From Octopus sinensis (taxonomy: Eukaryota): a stretch of DNA of 35,990 nucleotides. The translations under genes were made by a program, and so were the position numbers. The notes under the pieces are model-generated. The model had not been told where the DNA came from. It saw only the letters and a program-made list of their open reading frames with translations, and searched no databases. The stretch spans positions 1-35,990 of the forward strand of contig NW_021829664.1 in assembly GCF_006345805.1 (NCBI RefSeq). Direction: 5' to 3'. Shown piece after piece: positions 22,161 to 31,914 of this stretch. Numbering within the stretch: the stretch's first letter is position 1; each line of letters starts with the position of its first letter.

Positions 22161-22419
22161 AAGTGTATGTTATTTAGAGATATTTTCATGCCCCTATGTA
22201 TAAAGGTGAGAGTTCGCATTGTGGAATTCCTGAATTTATTAAAATTGATGTGTTGTTTGCATGCAGCAATAGATTTTTTTCTTTTCCCTTCGCAACAAAC
22301 ATTGCAATGTTTCTCTGACAACGGGAATTCTATTACCTTTAAGTAAAATTTTGGTAAAGAAGAATGTCTTTTACTAAGACACTTCGTTTCTTCACGTTAG
22401 ATTTTTGTTTTCAAATGTT

Positions 22420-22421
22420 GA

Positions 22422-22466
<45 letters not shown>

Positions 22467-22645
22467 TGTATGTATGTATATGTATGTATATGTATGTATG
22501 TATGTATGTATGCATGTATGCATATATGTATGTATGTACCTTTATATATATAGGCATATGTATATGTATGTATGTATATACGTACGCATGTATGTATGCA
22601 CGTATGTATGTATGTATATATATATATTTATATATTATTTATATA

Positions 22646-22676
<31 letters not shown>

Positions 22677-22905
22677 CGTATTTATGTATATATATAATAT
22701 ATATGTATATAATATGTATGTATTATATTTATATGTATTATATATATATATATATGTATATATATAATATGTATATATATAATATATATGTATGTATGGA
22801 TGTATGTATGTATGTATGTATGCATGCATGTATGTAGTATGTATGTATGTATGTATGTATGTATGTATGCATGTATGTACGTATTATATATAAATAAATA
22901 TATAT
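22420..22905. repeat. (TA)n/(ATGT)n microsatellite field
   Basis: Seen directly. Confidence 0.95.
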
Positions 22906-23001
22906 ATTTGATACACTAGCGCGCGCGCTAATATCTAACAGTGAGAATAAGTACTCAGCACCGTAATTGGGGATAAATATTTTTACAACGCCACCGTTAA
23001 G

Positions 23002-23253
23002 TTCATGCACAGAGAAATCTCTTAACAATTATTAAGCTTGCTACATAGAACGTTGGTATTCGTTTCTATCTTAGGTGAGAATACACGAGCCTAAACGAGA
23101 TTGCATGGGATTTGGGATGAATACATCTACAGATCCCTGACTCCCGTATAGCCACGTGTAGCTTTGTGTATTCTCATCCATTGTATATTAATCGAGTACC
23201 AACGTTCTATGCAGCAGACTTTTTAATTGTTGAAATATTTCTATCAGCATGAA
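23002..23253. mobile_element. About 250-bp palindromic fold-back element (MITE-like)
   Basis: Imperfect arms of about 95 bp (23002-23098 vs 23153-23253) include catagaacgttggta/taccaacgttctatg and tgagaatacac/gtgtattctca. The centre also folds (gggatttg-g-gatg-aata-catc-ta-cagatccc). Confidence 0.8.
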
Positions 23254-23489
23254 ACCAATAGTAATCTTGTTTAACACACAAATAAAGTAAAAACTAACAC
23301 ACTTATATATGAGAGACAGAGCGATAGAGCTGCCTGTATTCTAAAAGTTTACGTTATATATGTAAATGCCTGCGTGAGTGCGTATGTGTGCCCACGTGAA
23401 TATATATATATATATTAAAAAACAAAAAGAGAATCCTTTAATAGATGTTTCGTGGATAAAAGTATTTACATTTTTCTCAAAATTTGCAG

Positions 23490-23514
23490 CTGTAGTACTA
23501 GCAGCAGTAGTAGC

Positions 23515-23554
<40 letters not shown>

Positions 23555-23576
23555 AGTGGTAGTAGTAGTAGTAGTA

Positions 23577-23637
<61 letters not shown>
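23490..23637. repeat. (AGT)n/(AGC)n microsatellite
   Basis: Seen directly. Confidence 0.95.
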
Positions 23638-23849
23638 ATTTCAAGCAGCACCAGTTGGCGTCAGTCACTAAGGATTGGTTATTAATATTATTGTCCGTGC
23701 TAGTCGTGTAGTAACTGTATCAGTCTAACTAGCAGAAGCAGCTGTGACAGATTCAGTGATATTTGAAACAACAGCAAATGAAACACTAGTTTCAAGCTGC
23801 AGTCGTTGAAGCAGCAGCATTCTCAGTCGTTTTAAAAGTTTCCTCCCTG

Positions 23850-25420
23850 TTTCTCCCACAATTATTTAGAAGTGTTCGTTGTAGTTGCGTTGTTGTGTTT
23901 CGCAATCACTAAATTTGTATGAGAGGAAGATCGTTGAATTTGGTTGTTTCTTGTCTGCACATGTGTCTATACGTATGCGGTTCTGTTTGTCTGTACTTCT
24001 GTATTTCAATCCGTGATCTATGCAGTCCTGTGTTGTCTGCAGGACAGCCCAGTTAACCCGATATAATTTTCTCTACATCTCGAGGATATAATTGCTTGAT
24101 TTGGTTTCCGGATGCGCTGGAGATGTTTTCAATTATTGTGAAAAATTGTTCTTATTTATATCGGATCTCTTATTATTCCGTCAAGTTAAAATATATACCA
24201 TAATTGGATCTTCACCATATTTGTTTTACTGTCGGTTCTAATTTGTATTGTGAGAAGTTTGGTGCTTGTTAATTTTTTTCTTACATATATTGGACTGTCT
24301 TTTACTCCGTATGATGGTATGAGTTTGGAGGATTTGGCTCAGTCTTGGGCCTTTTCTATCACCATAATGTTTTGGAATATGATGTTGCAAGCCTCATTAT
24401 TTTTAGAATCGTATGTGGTAAAGCATATCATGATTTTCAATTTCGATGTTTTTTTTTATTTATTAATTTACTTTGCATGTTTATCTTAGTTCCAGGACAC
24501 AGAGTTTCTCGGCTTGTTGTATTCTATTATCAATTAAGGATAGCGGATAATTCATGTGAAGAAGTGTGTAATTCAGTTCTTGAAGTTTTATATCATGGGT
24601 GTTTTACTTGATACAATTGTGTAGATCCATTTTGGCAATGCTTTATGGGAAATTTATTCTGTTGTAGCTCGGATGGCACGAACTGAATTATGAATTTTAT
24701 TTCGAGTTCATAGCTTTATACTAATAACCGTCTCTATTAAGTTAGTGACTTTTTTATTGATATTAAAAAAATGGGAGCTAGTATTCGCTATATTTCCCGA
24801 TAAATTCGATGCTTTTGTAAATTCCATTCAGAAGTGTTTTCAATTCTTTTAATTTCTCTATACTTTCATTCCATAGAATAAAGCAATCATCGAAGCAACG
24901 TTTCTGGATTTGTTGCATATATTTAAAGAAATAGTTCCTATATCTTGTATTGATTTTTGTTATATCATAGTTTCTAGAAACCTCTAGATTCGCTAAGGAG
25001 AGAACTGTTCTCTTCCCCATCGCAGTTACTGATAGTTTATTGAAAATGTTGTCATTGAACATGAAGTAAATATTTTCTAGAATAAATTTTAGTCCTGTTA
25101 TAATTTTTTTTTTACATTATGGGTGAGTTCACTTGCATAATTATCCAATCAGATTTTAATGGCCTCAATTCTTTAGTCGTGAGGGATATTTTAATAACGT
25201 TTCCTAACATCGAATGGCACTATCAAAGAGTTTTCAGTGACTGTTTTCTGAAAGGTAATTTAATATATACAGTCGCCTCTTATGAAATTACTCAGACCAT
25301 CTATTATTGCGGTTAATTTCTGATCACTTGACGAGGACACAATAATGTGCATGTCAGTGGTTCGTTAACATGCTTCACTTACTTTTTCACTTTGGTCAAG
25401 TTTGGTATATAACCACTCAT
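23850..25420 (-). mobile_element. Penelope-like element (PLE) fossil: reverse transcriptase plus GIY-YIG endonuclease
   Basis: In order on the - strand: KLTAIIDG, PFDVRKRY*NIPHD (about 25217-25176), GLKFILENIYFMFND, TAMGKRTVLSLANL (about 25026-24985), RCFDDCFILW (24900-24871), LPFF, SSCHPSYNRINFP (about 24684-24646) and RCRENYIGLTG (24080-24048). These correspond to the PLE motifs RPIIAG, FDVVNLYTNIPH, GTAMGTRMAPSYANL, RYIDD, SCHP and GIY-YIG YIG.TG. Many stops and frameshifts are present. Confidence 0.92.
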
Positions 25421-25629
25421 ATTCGCCGTTATACACGCCATTATAACTTCAACTACAAGATGATTCTATGAAGAATTATAAATGGTGATAGTGGATTTGG
25501 TAAATTTAGGGTTCCAAAACTGCAAGGAAATCATATACAAAGATATATTAAAAAAGAACTTAAACAAAAATATAAAACTATAGCACATTCTTGAGCTCAA
25601 TACATGTTTAGGAGAAAAGTATTCTCCAT

Positions 25630-25832
25630 AATATATAAATATATGTGTGCGTGTGTGTGTAAACATACATATACATATATATAATTATATATATATATAT
25701 ATATAATATATTATATATATATATATATATATCATATACATATACATATGCATATACATATACATATACATAACATATACTATACATATATAAGTATATT
25801 TCCATATATATTTTGTATGTGTGTGTGTTGAA
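25630..25832. repeat. (TA)n/(CATA)n microsatellite
   Basis: Seen directly. Confidence 0.95.
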
Positions 25833-26889
25833 GTATTGAATTTACAGCTTTCTCAGACAAATTCTATGGTCTGTTATATACAGGAAAATATCTTACTAAA
25901 AATATATTCCAACGTTTACAATAACGATTCCAAAATTCTGCACAAAATGCATGTATCTTGAACTTCACAATGACATAGGCCCCAAAGCCATCTAAGATAT
26001 CTCCAGAATTCCGCTCCACCCACATGCCTCAGAAAAACGTTATTGGCGTCGGAGAAGATAAGGGGAAAATGCCAAAGAATGCGATCTAAATCCGATAAGT
26101 TTTTCACCTGTCAATAATTTAGACCATTTATTCTTTGCAATGAAAGAATCTTTGCATGAAGTCACATGAAAGATATTTGAAATCACGATTTCAAGATATT
26201 TTTTCTTCAGGGTTCTTTTGAAAGTGTTTGGCAGATCATTAAGCCAAACTTGAATTAAAGATCTTTTCAAATCAAAGAATCCTTATTTGTAACAGCATTT
26301 CAAGAAAAATGGTATAATTTCGTGCCTGTATTACTGCAGAGGTTTACTGGCAGTATGATTAAAAGGATTATAAAAACCAAAAGATAAACTCGTCCAACTT
26401 ATTGATTATTAAAATTTGTTTTTGAAATAACATAAATTCAATTTCCAGTTTTTCAAAAAAATATTTGTAATGTAATAAATAATTTAATATCAACAAAAAT
26501 GAACTCTCTATGAAAGAATTAAAAGATTTTTGATAGTCTTCTTTTAATTTCCTTGCGTTTTTTCAAGAAATACTTCAAATTTTATTAGTTATTTGATGAA
26601 TCATTTGCTATTTTCGAAGGTTGTCTTATAAATGACGACTTCAAAACATTGAATAAAAACAAATATTTATAATTATCAATGTTTTTTTTTTACCTCAGTT
26701 ACTAATCACTAAATTTCCATATGGACGAGCCGTTCAGTGTCGTGCAGTAAATTTTATCTAGAATTTAGCTATTTAAGTTCATATATATGTAAATTGTTTG
26801 TTAGCAGTATATATTTCGTATGATTAATTTCCTTTCGTTTTTTTTTTTCTTTTCTTTTTTTTTTTAATTTGGAGTAAAAGTTAGAATTT

Positions 26890-27330
26890 GCAATTCGTAA
26901 TCCTGGGATTCAGTTTCGGATTTTTGATTCTACCGACACTTGGCATGTCGCTTGTACTATCTTTCTCGTCTTCTACCATAAGCCTCAAATTGATTAAGCA
27001 ATTGTGTATATATTTATATATGCCATAACTGAGAATATATCTATATAGATCACGTGAATCGAGCAGACTATCGGATGTTGTTATACATCGCTGACCACAG
27101 TGCGATTTGCATCGCTTTAGCTTTCAAATGATACCGAGCCGCTGGCTTGGCGACCAGACCAACATTTTCATGGATCGAAAGGTTACTCTGTCGTAAGTTT
27201 ACCCAATTACAGTTGAGTGGACTGGATCAACGTGAAATGAAGTGTTTTGCTTATGAACGCGATGCACCGCCGGTTTGGAAATCGAAAACATGATTGTGAG
27301 ATCGCGAGTCCAACACAACCAACCACCAGA
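26890..27330. mobile_element. Three highly decayed SINE remnants (B-like head about 26890-27000 +; C fragment 27048-27165 -; D-like 27195-27330 -)
   Basis: catcgctgaccacagtgcgatttgcatcgctttagctttcaaatga is C-like. ttgagtggactggatcaacgtgaaatgaagtgttttgc is D-like. The B-like piece is the weakest call. Confidence 0.65.
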
Positions 27331-27349
27331 TATATATATATATATATAT

Positions 27350-27520
27350 ATTCAATAAAGGGTGGAATATAATTAATTTAATAAAATTAATCAATTTCAC
27401 CTAGTAGATTTGTCGGTATGGAAAAGACCATATTTGGGAAGGGTTATAATAATATAATAAAGGGTTATAATAATTGCTTTTAACTTTGAGCAACTTGTTG
27501 CTTTTAACCCTTTATTATAA
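27350..27520. mobile_element. (TA)n-flanked AT-rich element with a 15-bp perfect inverted repeat
   Basis: tataataaagggtta (27453-27467) and taaccctttattata (27505-27519). The 5' part resembles the reverse complement of 19080-19165. Confidence 0.55.
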
Positions 27521-27556
<36 letters not shown>

Positions 27557-27689
27557 TATATAACTTATATATATGTATATATGTGCATATATACATATAT
27601 GAGTGTGTGTGGATGTATATGCACGTATGTATATATGTGTGTGTGAGTGTATGTGTGTGCATATATATATGTATATATATATATATATA

Positions 27690-27895
27690 TATATTATTCC
27701 CTCTCTTTCTATTCTCTCTCTTTTTATTCCCTCTCTTTTTTATTCGCTTTCTGTTTATTTCCTCGTGTTTCTTTCTGTTGAAGAGCGTAGGTCCGAAACG
27801 TAAAAGACTTTCCCACCTTCCCGAGCTTTAAACTGATACACCTGTCTGCTGTTTCTACATCTGTCTTCGTCTTTTGTTTTTTTGTAAATTCCAAC
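27690..27895 (+). mobile_element. (TA)n-adjacent pyrimidine-rich element containing a hammerhead-like motif; probable PLE terminal derivative
   Basis: It shares a 3' module with 18484-18567 (-) and contains tcttt-CTGTTGA-A-GAGC-GTAG-GTCC-GAAA-CGT-A-aaaga. Confidence 0.6.
27770..27807 (+). ncRNA. Minimal type I hammerhead-ribozyme-like motif (degenerate; activity unproven)
   Basis: Stem I is a perfect 5-bp tcttt/aaaga. The core is CUGUUGA (canonical CUGANGA) with an extra A, then an imperfect stem II, GAAA, a palindromic ACGU stem III and a GUA cleavage triplet. Confidence 0.35.
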
Positions 27896-28492
27896 TACTT
27901 TTCTTACTTTGAAGAATCCAGGTCAAATGTTATATTGATCGACCTTTACCGTGATTCCCTGGAGATGGGCGTCCAGAACTTGACTAACATCCTCGACCAA
28001 ACATCGAGTTTGGTTGTCTTTTAGTGTTCATCTTTTTATTCTACGGTTTGACCATGATCAAATCTTAATTCGCTTCGTCGCCTTCAAGATTATTTAAGTA
28101 ATTGCCGTATTGTACGACGGCAACCTAATGATTCCGTGAGAGAAACTTATTGTGAATGCAAATACAACACCGATTTTTCCGGATACTGAGGGTCAGAAAC
28201 CTGTTAAAGTCCGATCTAATTTACGAGCAAAAACTTAAGATTCTCGCAGTCGCCCAACTAGTTACTGGTATTTTACACAGACTAGTTCCTTGCTCATTGC
28301 ATTATTAATAAAATTGTATTATTTACTTTAATATGCAAGTACCTGGATTTCATTTAATTGCCTGAGGAAATTTAGTATTTGTTTAAATTAGAAGTGAGAA
28401 ACCTTGGTTCGAAAAACTCACTCTTTGTGACCAAAACATTTTGGAATGAAAGGCTCCGGATGATAGATGTTGTACATGTATGTCCTGTATGT

Positions 28493-28658
28493 GTTCTTGG
28501 GTTCAAATTCCGCCGAGGTCGACTTTGCCTTTCATCCTTTCGGGGTCGATAAATTAAGTACCAGTTACGCACTGGGGTCGATGTAATCGACTTAATCCCT
28601 TTGTCTGTCCTTGTTTGTCCCCTCTGTGTTTAGCCCTTTGTGGGTAGTAAAGAAATAT
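28493..28658 (+). mobile_element. SINE family A, 5'-truncated
   Basis: gggttcaaattccgccgaggtcgactttgcctttcatcc...gggtagtaaagaaata. Confidence 0.92.
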
Positions 28659-28682
28659 ATATACCAACCATGCCTAGAGTCT

Positions 28683-29010
28683 GGCGGCGAGCTGGCAGAA
28701 ACGTTAGCGCGCCGGGTGAAATGCTTAGCGATATTTCGTCTGTCGTTACGTTCTACGTATTCTCGATAGGACTACCTCAAATTATACAATCCCAGTTCTT
28801 ACAACATGGATCGTGCTGACAAAATGTTTTTGTATTTACCTGACCATCTCGATAGGTTACGTTCTGAGTTCAAATTCCGCCGAGGTCGACTTTGCCTTTC
28901 ATCCTTTCGGGGTCGATAAATAAAGTACCAGTTTCGCACTGGGATCGATGTAATCGACTTAATCCCTTTGTCTGTCCTTGTTTGTTCCCCTTGTGGGCAG
29001 TAAAAGAAAT
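28683..29010 (+). mobile_element. SINE family A, full-length, with a 101-bp insert and a 24-bp target-site duplication
   Basis: The head starts at 28683. The flanks are atataccaaccatgcctagagtct (28659-28682) and atataccaaccatgcctggtgtct (29011-29034). The insert spans 28755-28855. Confidence 0.92.
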
Positions 29011-29406
29011 ATATACCAACCATGCCTGGTGTCTCTTCTACGTACAAACCATCTTATGCTTTGTTGTCGATCTCGGAAGATCTCGGGGGGAAAAAAGGCG
29101 TGAAACAGACGAGGTATATCTTAAATACGATTTCGAATGCAAATTTGAAAATGTGAGACGCTATAAGAAACAACAGAAGCTCTTGCAGTTATGCATTCCT
29201 ACTGACAGCCATGCTCTGCGCCAGACTGCATAACTATGCAAGCAAAGGTCATCACGATCTGCGAAAAAAAGCTAAAGGTCAAATCCACAGCACATTTTGT
29301 TTTTGTTATACACGTAAGCTTCAGTATAGCACAACAAAATTTGTATGCAAAGGTTTAAGTATATGTCTATGCGCGTACACGTGTATTTCCCCGCGCATGT
29401 GTTCAA

Positions 29407-29440
<34 letters not shown>

Positions 29441-29503
29441 GTATTGATTTGATACGTCAATATTTCTGTGGACGTATATTTGTATATGCGTGTATGAGTG
29501 AGT

Positions 29504-29820
29504 GATGTCGCGTGACTTAGTGGTTAGTATATGCTGCTCACGATCGTAAGGTTACAAGTTCGATTCGCGGCGATGTCTTTGGGCAAGATACTTTATTTCA
29601 CATTCTTCCACTCCACACAGCTACCAAAAATGAGCTGTGCCAGTAAATCGAACAGTCAGCTACGTCACGTTCTGTGTCGCGCTGAATGTCCCTGAGATCT
29701 ACGTTCAGGGTTACGCGTGTCTATGGAGTACTCAGCCATATACACTTTAATTTCACGAGCAGGCTGTTCCGTTGATCGGATCAACGGAAACACTCGTCGT
29801 CGTATCCGACGGAGGACCAC
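29504..29820 (+). mobile_element. SINE family E (C/D-type head and CORE-like middle, different tail)
   Basis: gtgacttagtggttag...aagttcgattc head; tttgggcaagatactttatttcac...aaaaatgag middle. The tail ...gttgatcggatcaacggaaacactcgtcgt...gacggag is shared with 33555-33755. Confidence 0.8.
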
Positions 29821-29929
29821 TATATGTGTGCGTGTGTATCTGCATGTGTCTGTGTGTGTGCATGTATATTTGTGTTTCAGCATATGTATGTGTATTTACT
29901 GACGTTTATGCGTGCGCGAAGGCTCGTGT

Positions 29930-29963
<34 letters not shown>

Positions 29964-30880
29964 GGTTTGTGATTGTGCGTGTATATGTATCTATGTGCAT
30001 GTGTAAGTTTGCATATATAATGTGCGTGTGTAGGTGCGTATATGCATGTCTGTATGTGATAGAGTGTATGTATATATATCGATATATATTTATGAATTCT
30101 TGCAATTATATATGTATGCATGTGTATGTTTGTAAGTGTGTGTATGTGTGTATGTGTGTGCACGTGTGTGTATGCGTGTATGTGTGCGCGTGTGTATGCG
30201 TGTGTGTGTGCGTGTATGCATGTTTGTATGTGATAGAGTGTATGTATATATCCATATATATCTATATATTCCTGACCTTGTATATGTATACATGTGTACG
30301 CTTGCAAGTATGTGTGTGTTTGTGTGTGTGTGCGTGTGTGCATGGATGTTTGTATGTGATAGAGTGTATGTATATATGCATATATATTATATATTTCTGT
30401 GCTTGTATATGTATGCATGTGTATGTTTGTAAGTGTGTGTCTGTGACGCGTGCGTGTGTGCGTATGACTGTGTGTGTGCGTGTGCATGTGTTCAGGTGTG
30501 TATATGGATATTTCTATGTAACAGTGTGTGTGTACATCCATATATATTTATTTATTTCTGTGCTTGTATATGTATGCATGCGTGTGTTTGTAAGTGTGTG
30601 TATGTGACTCGTGCGTGTGTGTGTGTGCATGCGTGTGTGTGCATGCGTGTGTGTGCGCGCGCGTGTGTGTATGCGTGTGTGTGCGTGTGTGGGTGTGCGT
30701 GTGTGTGTGTGCGTGTGTGTATGGATGTTTCTATGTGATAGAGTGTATGTATATATGCATATATATTTATATATATATGTGCTTGTATATCTATGCATGT
30801 GTATGTTTGTAAGTTTGTGTGTGCGCACGCACGAGTGTGTGTGTGTGGATGTTTGTATGTAATAGAGTCTATGTATACAC
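29821..30880. repeat. Degenerate (TG/TA)-derived satellite with higher-order units of about 125-220 bp
   Basis: The anchor tgatagagtgtatgtatat occurs at 30057, 30231, 30357 and 30736, with variants at 30519 and 30860. Confidence 0.85.
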
Positions 30881-31278
30881 TTTTTACTCTTTTACTTGTT
30901 TAGCATTTGACTGCGGCCATGCTTGTGCATCGCTTTTAGTCGAGGAAATCGACCCCAGCACTTATTCTTTGCAAGCCTAGTACTTATTCTATCGCTTTCT
31001 TTTGCCGAACCGCTAAGTTTCGGGGACGTAAACACACCGGGGGGGGGGGGAACACAGACACACAAACACACACACAAATATATATATATATAATATATAT
31101 ATACATATATACGATGGGCTTCCTTCAGTTTCCGTCTACCAAATCCACTCACAAGGCTTTGGTCGGCCCAAGCCTATAGTAGAAGACACTTGCCCAAGTT
31201 GCCACGCAGTGGGACTGAAACCGGAACCATGTCGTTGATAAGCAAGCTACTTACCACACACAGCCACTCCGGCGCCTA
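30881..31278 (-). mobile_element. Composite SINE family B, complete (head, (TA)n/(TG)n/C-run core, tail)
   Basis: The tail is at 30881-31040, the core at 31040-31110 (including a G run on +), and the tRNA-like head at 31112-31278. Confidence 0.92.
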
Positions 31279-31652
31279 TATACATATATACAAATACACA
31301 TATATATATATATATATATTATTAAATTTATATATATATATATATATATACATATTTATATATATATCCATATATATTTATATATTCCTGCACTTGTATA
31401 TGTATGCACGTGTATTTTTTGCGTGTGTGTGCATGCGTCTATATGCTTTTAAATGTGTGTGTGAATGTATTTGTGAGTCAATGGCAATGAATGTTTGCAT
31501 GTTCGTGCTTTTGTGTATGTGTTTGCATGTATACTAGTGTACGTACATTTGCGTGTGTTACTGCGTTCGTTTCTATGTGTCCATATATGTGAATGTTTGT
31601 GTATGCGACTGAGTGTGTTTATGCCCTCGATATGTGCATGTGTATTTACGTG

Positions 31653-31912
31653 AGTGTATTTACTACCCACAAGGGGCTAAACACAGTGTATTTACTACCC
31701 ACAAGGGGCTAAACACAGAGGGGACAAACAAGGACAGACAAACGGATTAAGTCGATTATATCGACCCCAGTGCGTAACTGGAACTTATTTAATCGACCCC
31801 GAAAGGATGAAAGGCAAAGTCGACCTCGGCGGAATTTGAACTCAGGACGTAACGGCAGACGAAATACCGCTGAGCACTTCACCCGGCGCGCTAACGTTTC
31901 TGCCAGCTCGCC
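31653..31912 (-). mobile_element. Full-length SINE family A with a 32-bp tandem duplication at its 3' end
   Basis: It is the reverse complement of the 19795 copy. agtgtatttactacccacaaggggctaaacac occurs at 31653 and 31685. Confidence 0.92.
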
Positions 31913-31914
31913 AG

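Noticed and set aside
25880-26110. AEFWNRY..RWNIFLVRY, reminiscent of an MBOAT acyltransferase motif
   Set aside because: There is an in-frame stop shortly upstream, no clear exon boundaries, and no other exons of such a gene in the window.
26179-26214. Minus-strand CUGAAGA...GAAA with a downstream hairpin
   Set aside because: There is no stem I complementarity. The spacing is a chance match in AT-rich DNA.
29136-29146. ATGCAAAT octamer sites (also near 5047, 17071, 28157) and CCAAT boxes near 16098 and 16186
   Set aside because: Short AT-rich motifs at this density are not distinguishable from background, and there is no linked gene or snRNA.
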